Shown here in pieces: positions 24,885 through 36,842 of a stretch of DNA of 64,000 nucleotides; within the stretch, counting starts at the first letter, position 1, and every line of letters begins with the position of its first letter. Origin of the DNA: Gonapodya sp. JEL0774 (lineage: Eukaryota); contig JADIIX010000017.1 of NCBI GenBank assembly GCA_027604505.1, forward strand, positions 124,001-188,000, given 5' to 3'. Position numbers and translations under genes: made by a program. The notes below the pieces were generated by a model. That model ran no database searches, had not been told where the DNA came from, and was given only the letters and a program-made list of their open reading frames with translations.

Positions 24885-26031
24885 TGGGAGGTCAAGGGCG
24901 GTGGAGAATTGGAGGTGGAGGACAAGATGGGTGGGATTTCTCACGCACCGCCAGCCTCATTGGTTTGGTACACGGCGGTCATCGCCCGCACTTGACAGAT
25001 GTAGAGATATACTTTGTAATCAATCGCCTTAGACTATTCGATGAAGGTCAAACACAGGCGCCGCCTAGTATTGCATATCGTTGAAATAGAGGATGAAGCA
25101 GAAACGAGACTTTCACAATTATGTTCTTCTCAAACTCCCCAAGTCAAGCACCGCTCACGTGAAAGACATTGAGTGCCCGTCTTCGAAAGGATGTCTTTTC
25201 TGTCATATCAACCTCTGTCGTCTCCCAGTATTCCATCGCTGCGCTTATAGGGATGATTGTATTACATATTTGCCGTGACCGCTTCAGCGACAGCACTCGT
25301 CACTCAAAAAAAAAAAAAAAAAACCAATGACGTTGCGGCGGCTCAACGACAAATCTAAACAGCGGCGGCAGCTCTACGCGGCGCAACGAGAAAATAACAT
25401 TAGATCCAGCCTCCGCGGTGAAAGTTCACACAACACAACGCCAATCACATGCTAGTAACTGCATCCAACTCCATATCATCAGCTTTCGATCATAATCACC
25501 CACTTCCTCTTTGAAGCAATCCAGTTGCGCACGTTTCCGCAGTTGCTTCATTCAGCTTTCGCACGCAGTCCACGACCTGCAACCAATATGGGGAGCGCTG
25601 ACTGCCGATAGTCAAGGAACCAATTCAATTACTTTTCACTGTTACAAAAATACATCTGTGGTGTTGCTTGCTGTGCATAAGATGCATAATGTACTCTGAG
25701 ATCCCATACTAGAAAACCTTTGTCACCAAATATCATTAACCGTGACCTCAAGGGAAATCGATTACTCCATCAGTGAACAAGCTCGAGGGAACGGCTCGGT
25801 GTCTTTCCCAGACTATGGAAGGGGACATGAGTCCCCAAACAATTAGTGCTTGGTGGCGTTGATGCGTTTACATCAAGTATTATGGTACACAGTCGGCTGT
25901 GAAACAAGAAAAACATTGACAGATGCTACTCTTTAAGAATAGATACAGGACCTTCGAGTATCGGTTAGGGTTGACTCTTGTGTTTGTCAATTTTCGCTTG
26001 TTGTGGCAAAACGCTCTTTGTGTCAGGAAGT

Positions 26032-26067
26032 CGGGGGGTGGGGTTGGGGGGGGGGGGGGGGGGGGGT
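26032..26067 (+). repeat. Poly-G tract with G-quadruplex potential
   Basis: gggggtggggttgggg... run of more than 30 nt, almost all G, about 430 bp upstream of the Puf gene ATG. Confidence 0.7.
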
Positions 26068-26493
26068 GTTTTGAACAGAAGGAAGGGTGAGGGGCTCGTT
26101 CAGGGTTCACAAAATTCCACCGCTCGCTGCGTTGCCGAGGCGAATCGCCAGTCCAAGACATTCCGCTGCTTTTGCGCCATCATCGCAGTAGACGGTGGCA
26201 CTCGCTCCCGCCCTCGCCCGCCTGTTCCCAGGAGAGCGGCCCATTGTTTGACTCTTCAACCACCAGCTGGTTCGAAGCCGAGGAATAACCCAAACACTGG
26301 GCAAAACTGTGAGTTGAGTGCCTGTGTATGCGAGTTTCAGTTTGTAGATGCTCGCTTGTGCCTGGCTGACCAACGGTCTTTTGACCCACATCCCACCCCC
26401 ACATCCCCCCATCGGTGTCCGTTTTCTCCCACAGCGGACGCCTAAATTGGAGTGATCGAACATCGGACGATGCTGATTGGCCCCTGAAAGAAA

Positions 26494-29400
26494 ATGGCGT
26501 CCACTCTTTCAAACGATGCTCACTCTTATTCATACTCTAATGATGACGATCTCTTGCAAGCCGTTGAAGGCACCAACGCCGGGTACGGTGATGCTTTTGT
26601 TTCTCTGCTTGTGTGGCTGTCTCTTATGGCTCGTTGCTCGTTTATTCCAGAATACCCCTGACGACCGCCAGTCGAAAAAGCTCAAGGTCCTCGGTTTTCT
26701 CCTTTCCCATCCCCGCGCTCTTCAGGTCGAGAGCTGTACCACCTGCAGAATCTAGTGCTCTCCACGTGCCTCGACCTTCACCCTCGTTCTCGGATAACAA
26801 CTACACCACCCGCAACTCCTTTGACGACTCCCGCACTCAGCGCGCACTTACCAACCCAGACTTTGACTCAATTTTGCAAGGGTTCAGCACACAACCTGAT
26901 GGCATGGTGCAGCGTCGGACAAGCACAAAGAGCGCCCACGAACCGATGATTTCCGTACCCAGACTGGGAGGCGATCATCACCCAGGCCGGAACCCAGCCC
27001 ACTCGGCAGAATCAGCGTTCAGCCAACAGGACCTGACTGGAACCAGCGCAAACCCCTTTGGTCTTTCGCCAGATAGCATATGGAGCGACCAAGTACCGAA
27101 TCCGCCCGTCGCCCACGAGTGGGACGGCCGCTCCGTCCATTCGGTCTACCAAGACGCATCTCGAGACTCGATCGACTCGGTGACGACACTCAACTCGACC
27201 GTCTCGGCGTCCGACGCCAACCCCACAACACCTCGCCGCTCGTTTACCATGCCTCTGGCATCGTTTGCCAGAAGGTTGCTTAGCGACAAGGACTTGCAGG
27301 TCCAGTACAACTCGCCTCTGTCGAAACCACCCCCAGCACCCATTTCCATCTCTTCTCCAACTGACTCGGCACCCTTGACGCCCATCAGCTCTACAGTTGT
27401 CGACGGAGTGAGACGGACCTTGGGCATGCTGGATTTGGATGAGTCCCGTACCGACATTACTCGAGCCTTTGAGGAACCCATGCCGCGCAAGACCTCGTTT
27501 TCTACCAGTTTTGGTGTTTCTATGAGCGTGCCTGCAGGATTGTCAGGCATGAGTGACGATTCATCCTCCAACTCGGGCGCTTTTGGAAACCAGAACTACC
27601 CAAGCCGGACCCTGAGTTTCGCGACGCCGGCCCGCAACTCCACGAATGGGACACCTTCAGCGACAGGTGGCATGACCAGATCAGTCAGCAACTCGTCTGT
27701 CACCTCCCTCCAGTCGAGACACTACCCTGATGAAACACTGCAAACGCGGCATTTTAACGAGGACGTGCCCTCGCCGGAATACTCGAGCGCAGGATTCAGC
27801 AATCAGGAGATGTCTAGACAGCAAAGAATGCCCGCACCTTCTGTCCCGAGCGTCAGTGTTACGACGTATTCCGGCACCTCAACTTACAATAATGGTGTCA
27901 GCCAAGGGTCGACAAACTGGACGTCGTCCGAGAGAGATCGACCTAATGCCACACATCACCTCTCACACCAGCCGGCCATCAATCAGATGTCTGAGTATGG
28001 ACACACTGCCTACCCCGTGCAGAGGTCACTAGCTTATTCCCCAGTGCCCGACCGCAGTGCTCCGGCCCATATCCAGCAGTATCAAGGCATCTCTGACCAG
28101 CAAGCTTGGCTGTATGATATGCAGGCATATCAGCAGTCGTATGCCGGTTCGCCAGTGGAATACCAGCTTCAGCGTCCTGGACAATCTGGAGAATATGGTT
28201 ATCATTCGCCACCACCAGCACATCAAGGAGGTGGTTGGTCACTATCTGGCAATCCCGTTTACAGGGAACTGTCCCCGGTAGGAGTTGCGCGCCCCGGCAC
28301 ATTCTTTCCCCTGATGCCTGCAGCGAGACCACCATTCATGCACCCTACCGGCTTCGCTGGGCACGGGCTCACTCCCCATGGATACGTGAACGCCGGACCC
28401 ACGGAAAGAGATGGTCTGAGTCGAGACCATAATACGCCCTCGCGTACTCTCTGGGTTGGAAGCTTGGACCCCAACGCAGTCGTGGCGGACCTCATTCGGA
28501 TATTCTCCCAATTCGGTTCCATCGAGTCTGTGCGGATCCTTCCAGAACGCGAGTGTGCGTTCATCAATTTCTCACGTATTGAGATGGCGATGCGAGCGCG
28601 AAGAGAAATGGAGGGGGCAATAATAGGATCGACGCAGATTCGCTTGGGTTATGGGAAGAGCCCCGACAGTGCCAATGCATCTCCTAGTCACCCGGTAACA
28701 CCCAGTCCCAGTGTAGCTGTCATGCCGCGCAGCGCAAGCCACTTGGGTCACTCTCGAGGAGATGATGATATGGAGAGGGGCAATGGCAAAAGCATATGTG
28801 AGTGACCTAACTCGTGTTCGATGTCAAGACCACATGTTTCGAGACAGATGATCGTTTTGCTAGGGGTTGGTAATCTGTCGCCGACTGTGACCCCTATGGA
28901 CCTTGAGGTGCTCTTCTCGCGTTATGGACCGATCGAGTCTGCTCGTGTTTTGGTGCGTAATATAGAGAACCGTCATAACGATGCGCCAGACAGAGCCTAA
29001 CGTGATGGTTCAACTCAGGCTCACAAGAACTGCGGATTTGTTAACTTCGAGAGGGTAGAGGACGCTATGGAAGCACGGCGTGGCTTACATGGCAAAGAAT
29101 TCAAGGGATCAGTAATTCGTATCAGCTATGCAAAGGTACCCACTGTCCGAGACGGATTGGAGCCACACGACTTCACTGCGGGAGATGATGGCCTGTCAGG
29201 ATTACAACCAGATATAGACCCGAGCGGTGCAAATCGGTTCATGAACCGTAGGACAGCAACTCCGGACAAGACCGGATTGTCCAATCTTGCGGTATCGTCC
29301 TCCGAGCAACCTGACGATTCATCAAGTGCGTATGCGTCAAGCATTCCGCCACTACCTGAGCCACGGCCTGGTAGACGCATCGATCAATCACGCCTTCGCG

Positions 29401-30790
29401 ACATGAGAAAACGATTGGAAGGGCACATGACTATTCGAGATATCGAAGGAATGTTCATCGAGTGCCTGGATGAGGCTGTTGAACTCTGTACCGGTAAGTT
29501 GAGGAAAATCTCTCTGCTTAAAGGTGGTCCATGATACACATTAGTTTGGCAGACTACATTGGGAACGTGGTGGTCCAGAGGCTATTGGACAGCACTAGTG
29601 AATACCACCGTCTCCAGTTCATCCAGAAAATTGCTCCGCATATGGCGGCGATCGGAGTCCACAAGAATGGGACCTGGGTTGTTCAAAAGATAATTGACGA
29701 GGCTCAAGCGTTGCCGCAAATTCAAGCAATCAGCAAAGCCCTTCGAAGATTCACGCCCCCTCTCCTACTGGACCAGTTCGGCAACTACGTCGTTCAATGC
29801 TGCCTCAAGTTTGGACCCACTCACAGCCAGTTTATTTTTGATGCGATAGCCGCTCGCACTGTCGAGGTGGGAACTGGCCGGTTTGGAGCGAGAGCCATTC
29901 GGGCGTGCCTCGAGAGTCAGCACATCGCGATCCATCAACAGAAGCAGATTGCTGTAGCACTCGTACACAATGTCCTCATCTTATGCACGAATCCGAACGG
30001 CGCTCTGCTGATTTCTTGGCTGTTGGATAACAGCAACCTGAGTGGTCGTTATGCTGTGGTGGCGAGGAGAATCGTTCCCGAAGTTACTCGTTTGTGCTGT
30101 CACAAAATGGGCAGCGCCATGGTTCTGAAGCTTGGTAAGTTATATTAGCCGGTTTAGTGCTCGCTTCGGTGATGCTGACTTCCGGATGTAACTTCTACAG
30201 TGAACCAGCGAGCAGAGCCGGAGGGAAGAAAAATTCTCGTGGAAAGGCTGTTCGGGTCGGCTGAGGTGGAAGGCGCCTTGGAACAAGTTTTGACAGACTT
30301 GCAGTACGGCGTTCCGACAATTCAAAAGATTCTTTCCTCCGCGTGCGTAGACGCTCACGAGCGGGTTCTATTGGCGGACCGCTCCCGCTTAGCTCTATCG
30401 AGAATCGGAACAGATGTCGGACGACAGCGTGCAGTTGGTTACAAACGTCTGCTGGACGAACTAGCGGTCATCCCTGTTGGGAGTGCCGAGGGTGCCGATG
30501 CAGCTCGGAACCTTCTCGGCTACGGAGTTGTTGCTGGTACGCAGTATTTGACGGAACGTGGAATGTTGATTCCGTTGGACTTCGGAGGATTGCAGGGACA
30601 GCAACAATCTCAGTGGGGAACAGGCTTCCCGAAAGGTGAATTGGCAGGGTTCGCTCCGGCTGCGGAACTTTTGAATGGTCATGGTGATAACGGAGGGCAC
30701 GCTGCGATTTCAGAGAATGATCTTAAAGAGTTTGAATTGGGGCACGAGCGTAACAACTTTGTCTCGGAGATGGTCGCAGGGACGGTTTAG
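26494..30790 (+). CDS. Pumilio-repeat plus RRM RNA-binding protein (Jsn1/Puf1/Puf2-like); multi-exon
   Basis: RRM1 PSRTLWVGSL..FGSIESVRILPERECAFINF; RRM2 VGNLSPTV..YGPIESARVL | HKNCGFVNF; RLRDMRKRLE; PUF repeats DYIGNVVVQRL, HKNGTWVVQKII, DQFGNYVVQCCL, GRFGARAIRACLE, NPNGALLISWLLD. Confidence 0.93.
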
Positions 30791-30890
30791 GTTGATATTC
30801 ATAAAGACCAGACAATAATTGAGTTAATTTGTGCTGTTGGCCTGTAATTATGCCTCACTCGCTACTAGTAAGAAATAGTCCACAGAGTTT

Positions 30891-33800
30891 TTAACCTATC
30901 ATGGAACGTGGGACTGGAATCGCCTCTGGTGCACATTCTTCGAAGAAATTCTCAATTTCCCTTGCGTCTTTCATCCTCCCAACTTTCCTCATTTGCTCAA
31001 CAGTGGAAGTGTAGATTTCTTCCGTGAGACTTTTAAGAGAAAAAAAGGCCTGTCAGTTACCCTGACGGGGGCGCACGTATCAAAAGAGACTCACCTGGTC
31101 CATTCCAAAATATCAACGAGCACACGTATAGTCTCTGTTACTGCACCAGACGTTCCCAGAGCTTGCAAATAGAGTTGTGCGAGAGCTAAATCCCACTCGA
31201 TGGGCTCGGGGCCTTTCCTCCAAGCTCCATCCCGCACCTCGCTGATGAACGACCGGGCAACATCAACCTCGCTATCGGTGCTTACGGCTTGCAGGAGAGC
31301 TTCTGCTGACCACCGAGACGGGCGAATGTTTCGCCCACGCATCTGCACCCAAAGCCGGACCGCCTCCGAGGCACGACCAGACGAAGACAGAGCCTCCATG
31401 ACGGTGGGATAGCATGGGTCAGCGTGCAAAATATGTGGAGCAAGAAGAGTGAGCAGACGGAGTGCACGAGGTGGATCTGATGCTGCATGTTGGGGGATGA
31501 TTGCTAGGATTTGAGAGAGATGCGGAAGAAGTTCCGATGGTAGGGTGCTGATGGTGGTTACAGCGACGTCCGTCTCTTGCCCGTTGTCGACTGTGTTTTC
31601 TGATTCTCGCGTTTGCAAAAGGACCTCAACGGCATCCTCCATCATTCTAGCTCGGATAAATACGCGGACAATGTCTTTGGACAGTTGAACGTCATGCACC
31701 AGTGCACCAGCCGATCTCATCTCTCGCACAACCACAGCAGCCGATTTGAGATGTCCCTCCTTCACCAACGCGCTCAAGATCGCTTCATACGTCGCGATAC
31801 TGATTCTCCCGCCGACTTCCTTCACGGCAACCATCCACCGCCGAGCCTCGTCGACGTTTCCGGTCCGAGCGAACCAGAAGGCGATTGAGTTCATCAAGCG
31901 AGTTGAAGCTGAAGCACGGAACCGAGGATGTGTGGAAGCAAGAGATTGGAGGAGCCACACTGTCTGGTCAAGTGTTTCGGTGGTGGGTTGAAAGTGTGGC
32001 ATCGGGGGCCGGATGCGGGAGGGTGCCAAATCCGAGTCACCAGTGACCGCAGACACATCATCAAACGAAATACTCGCATCTTTGCGCAAGTTTAAATCAC
32101 TCGAAGGATCGTCCACTGCGGAATCTTCCACGTCACTCTCAGGTCGCGGCATTCGTTGACTTTCACTGCCCGGCGATGGGACCAGGAACGTAAACACTGG
32201 GGTAAACGGATGGTGCTCGAGCAAGATTTCCGGGTGGGTGTCCCTCACTTCCTGAGCTATCGCCATGACGTTGCTGATCAACTGTCCGACGACCGCGGCC
32301 TCATTCTCGCCTCGCTGTGCCGCCGCCGCCGCCTGTTTCATAAAATGCTCCATCATTGCAAACACCACGGTTGAATCGGGAGTCACCCCTTCGCCCATCA
32401 TCTCCTCCCACAGCTCCCTGGCCCGGGTCGTATCTTCCGACCGGGCACGGATAAGCGCGGTCCACACCACTACGGCGGACGCGTCACCGGGGATCACCAC
32501 CTCATGCTTTATAATCGCGCTGCGAGTGATGACGTGCTCCCTCCACTCTCGGAACACTTCTTCGGCCTCAGGTGCCCGCCCGGCTCTTCCGAGGCACGAT
32601 ATCCACGCTGCAACGAGAGGCTCATCTAGAGTGCCCCGCTTTTGCGCATGCCGGAATATCTCGCGGGCATCGTCCAGACGCCCGTGAAACCCGTACGTGG
32701 ACACGAGGGTGGAGTTGAGGTTCGAAGGGAACTCACCGTCGGTGAGACCCGACGCCATGAGTATCGCGCACCACTTGTCGACAGCTGCGAAGTCTCCTCT
32801 GCGCGCGTGTCCTCTGATGATGATCGAATACGTGGATTCTGCTGGCGGTGGGTCCCTCATGCGCTCCAGGACCCGTTCGGCCATGTCCATCCGGTCCTGC
32901 TTAGAGTGGAGGAGCACGATCGCATCGTGCGTCTCCACGTCTGGTTTGATGCCCTGGGCCTTGAGTTCGCGGAGGTAGTAGTGCAGACGGCGTGCGTCCC
33001 TGCGTTTCGCGCAGACAGTCATGGCGGTGTTGTGCGCCAAGAGGATGTCGGACTGAGTCGCCGATGGGTGTGTGCGAACGAGAGTGACAAGATGCTCCGG
33101 AACGAAGCGCTGACCAGCAGTGGCGGCGATGAGCTTGGTGAGATCGCGAGGCGTGGCGTGCTGGTGGACGAGACTGGGTGGCAACACCCTGGTCAAGAAA
33201 ACAGCTGACGTAGTGTCGTTGGATGAGAGGGCAGTAACGAGCGCTTCGGGATCTCTGGGCGGATGGAGGGTGGGGGAGCCTTGTAGGGATTCGAAAACTG
33301 GGATGGGTTGTGGTTGGGGGGGTGGAGCAGTGACGCGTGGAGCGAAAATTCCTGCTCTCCCGGCAAGGTAAGACCGGTCCGGAGGAGGTTTGTCTATAGA
33401 TTGAGCCCACCGTCACAGGAGATGGCGGGACGAAGATAACGATGAGCAGAGTTCCGCAACATCAACTGCCCCACAACATATTTCTCTATAAAAGAAGAAA
33501 ATTATTTGAAAATGCAACCCACCTTCCTTCACCCCTTGCCTCTCCGAGTCACCCTCGTCCCTTCGAACCCTCGACGCTCTCTTTCCTGGTTCCCCATTTC
33601 CATCCCCGCCAGGCGCACTCGGTTTCGACACGCGCCGTCCTTTCTCTTTCACCCTGTCGCTCTCCTTAGCTGTCCCCCGGCCCGTTCCCGTTCCCGTGCG
33701 CGCCGCACCCTTGGCGGCCTTGGCTGCCCCGTCGCCGTCGACATTCTTCTTCCTTCCCGCCGCGGCCGTGGCACCACCAAGTCCCGATCTCGTCGACTTG

Positions 33801-33988
33801 GCCACACATCGCCGCTGCCCGTGCACTGGTGATTGCGGATCGGTGTCGGGACGGGGAAATGGGAAGCGAGGCAAGGAACCCCCCCGCGCGGAGACCAGCA
33901 CAGTCGCCGTCGCCGCGGAAGGGAGAAGGAACGATGGGATCGCAAAGATCGGGCAGCGTGAAAGCGATGCTGGGTGGGCGCGGTGCAT
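30891..33988 (-). CDS. Pentatricopeptide-repeat (PPR) protein, probably mitochondrial; multi-exon
   Basis: Repeated PPR helices: GIKPDVETHDAIV, TYSIIIRGHARRGD, TLVSTYGFHGRLDDAREIF, VWTALIRA..LWEEMMGEGVTPDS, TYEAILSALVKEG. Arg-rich N-terminus. Confidence 0.88.
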
Positions 33989-34287
33989 TTTGGGTCGGGA
34001 ATGGGGAAAAGACGCGGTTATGGGCAAAAACAAAAAGTGGCTCTGTGTGCAACCCACCCATAGTAAGTGACGTGGCGGCTCCCCGCACACCTGCGAAGAA
34101 ACCAGACTTTGATAATTCTTCGTTTCAATAGTTGCGCAATGTGGAAATTTCCAAGTGTGTTTTAATTGTCGTTTATTGTGTGGCAATGTTTCGCCATAAA
34201 CCGTGGTCCCAAATCGATCCACTGTGGGTACAAATACAAACACAAGAATGAAATCCCCCATCTTTAACATTCGCTAGTACAAAATCG

Positions 34288-36269
34288 TCACAGGTTCGCC
34301 TTGGCCCACGTATTCACAGCCTCCACAAATCGCTCGGGTTGATCCAACATCGAGAACGCGAATCTGATTGCGTGGCGGTCGTGAATGGGACAAAATGGAG
34401 TGGGACATAATAAGACACGAGCGTGGTGGGTGGGTGGTGGGAATACGGACACGTTTAGCAGGTGTTTCCCCAGATGCCAACTCCGCCACATACGGACACC
34501 CCCCAGTTCCCCAACTTACGAATCGTGAATCTTCACCACGGTTACCTTGCCCCCCTTCTCCACGCTGCCTCCGAGATCCTCGACCAACTGCGGCACGAAT
34601 CGTTCCTCGAAGGCCTCATCCTCCGGACACCACGCGATCAACGCCTTTCCCTTGAAATTTCCAAACTTGGCCTTTGCGGCCTCCACCGTGTACTTGCCGC
34701 TCACGCCCGACAGGACCCGCTTGATGTCCCGCAATGAGTCCCAGGGAGCGTTGTAGCCCGTTTCGAAGATGCGCTGGAGGATGGTGTCGCTCGGGGAACC
34801 GGGAGCGCGGTGCTTCAACAGGAGGCCACAGAGTTGGGGGAGATAGCGGACCGTGTGGGACATGGCTTTGAGGAGGGGGGGAGGGGAGGCGCAATAAGTT
34901 GGGGGAACGAGGCGCGGAGTCGGACGACCACGGGTAAGTTGGAGGGTTTCGTCAGTTTGGTGGTGGGTGCGTACGACTCACCCAACCAATTCGTCATCCT
35001 CAAATGATACAGACCCGGTGTCCCCGACCCAAGCGTGATGAAGAAATTGAACCTGGGTGGCGGGAAGTGCTCGTAGACGTCGCCTAAGGAAAGGTAGGTC
35101 ACCGGCACGGTAAGCATGGCGGATACAGAAGGACGGTGAAAGACGGATTCGGATACGAGTACGTACAATCGGCCAGGACGAGCGCCGTGACACGGGGAGT
35201 GGGATGGTGGGTGATCGCCATCTGGCAGATGGCACCTGGATCATAGATGGGCCAAACAATGGGGTGAGGAAAAGTAAGCACGGTCACGACGCTGCGGCAA
35301 CAAGTGATTGAGCCGGTCTCCAAGAATTTCCGCCGCCCACCAACACCGCCAGTTGCGACTGGGACACCCCGGCAGCGCGTGCGGTCAACTCACCTCCCGT
35401 ATCGCTCCCCACCAGCACCACATTGTCCAGCCCAGCCTGCCCTATGAACCCACTGAGGAGTTTGCCCAGCCCGGGTGGGGTGAGATCCGCGTCCGCGAGC
35501 ATGGGGTACAGGTGGGAGCCGAGGGGCATGTCGGGAGCCACGACGCGGTAGCCGAGGGAGGTGAACTGAGGGGAGGGGGAGTGGGGGGGGGGGGGGGGGG
35601 GTTGTCGGGTGAAGGGGGGCTGGTTACGGGCCCCGCGGGAGAAACACCCCCGACACCGCCCATCGGCGCACCCCTGTCCCACCCCCCCANNNNNNNNNNC
35701 CTCTTCATCTTCCTCAGATGCTGCTTTCGCCAACTCAACACTGTGGAGCAGTGTCTTCCCTCTGGGGAGAGGATTACGGAACAGACGAGAGAAACACCCC
35801 GGACACCGCCAATCGGCGCACACAGGTCACCAGCCGCCACCAGCTCGCAACTTGGCGCAAACCTAGCCCTTCGTCCCCCGCGCCTCCCATTTCAAGTGTC
35901 GTGTGGAATGTGCAATCTCACCAGAGGGAAGACTCTGCTCCACAGTGTTGAGTTGGCGAAAGCAGCATCTGAGGAAGATGAAGAGGCTCATTATGAGATG
36001 AAGTGCTCGGTACACCTGAGATACCGCTCTCATGAGTTCTACTCACGAACGCACACCAAAGTGAGGGGTTTCCCATCGGCGGACTTCACGGGGGAAACAG
36101 TGGGGAGGTGGTCTTGGTAAGCAATTTTGCCGTCTATTGAGGACGAGAGGGGATGAAAGGAAGGAGGATTGTCAGGAATCCGGATAAGCCGAAAACTGAA
36201 AGTGATCAACTCACACCCCGGCACAGTCACAGTGGGTGAATTCGCATTGTGGTGGACAAAAGTAGACAT
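34288..36269 (-). CDS. Alpha/beta hydrolase (Asp-nucleophile, haloalkane dehalogenase/epoxide hydrolase-like); multi-exon
   Basis: LVCVH | AAFANSTLWSRVFPL | FTSLGYRVVAPDMPLGSH..ADLTPPG..LDNVVLVGSDTGG | AICQMA..VTALVLADC | DVYEHFPP..ALIAWCPEDEAF..IHDS | FAFSMLDQPERF; ends KANL. Confidence 0.85.
35690..35699. other. Assembly gap (10 N)
   Basis: Run of N inside a hydrolase intron, flanked by homopolymer G/C runs and locally duplicated sequence. Confidence 0.99.
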
Positions 36270-36842
36270 GTGATTCTTGAAGCGGAATCTGAGCAGCGGA
36301 AAGTGTCCATTGAGTGACGTGGCAGCAGGGTTTCATGTGCTCTCGGTGTTGACCCACAGCAGCGACGTTGGAGTCTTGGGAACGACACGAATATAAGGAT
36401 GTGCTGAAACTGAGACTGAGATTGAGCGAACGCAAATATGACGGAGCATAAGGTGGCATTTTTGGGGGTGGGAGCGTTGCTTTTATGCTGGAATCGAGGG
36501 GGATTTTCCGTTCCGCAAACCCAGAGTCCTCGATTCATCGGGGCAAACGAGACGATAGAAATAGTCGGTGCCATTCGATTGTTTCATTTCTTTTTCAACA
36601 GCGATCCTTCGCGTCTTGTTTGGTTGAACCACTGGAATTCTTGACGAAGGCTGTTGCCATCCAGGCATAATATGTAAGGCCAGGGTTCATTGAGGTGACG
36701 ATAAAGCAACGACGGACGGAAGAGATGCGAGGAGATAAAATTCCGATTTAAAAACGAGTAAATCACTGCGTTTTCCGTCCCGTGTCCTGACCTGGTTATC
36801 TCAAATCAATTGCTGTCCTGTTCCCCCGTGAAACCCAGAAAA

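Noticed and set aside
25306..25323. Poly-A run as a retroposon tail
   Set aside because: No recognisable target-site duplication or SINE/LINE body upstream.
35639..35986. 66-bp inverted copy of a hydrolase exon (35700-35765 vs 35921-35986) plus a 33-bp near-direct repeat
   Set aside because: Both abut the N gap and homopolymer runs and differ from the true copy by scattered mismatches, so a gap-edge assembly artefact is most likely; long reads would settle it.
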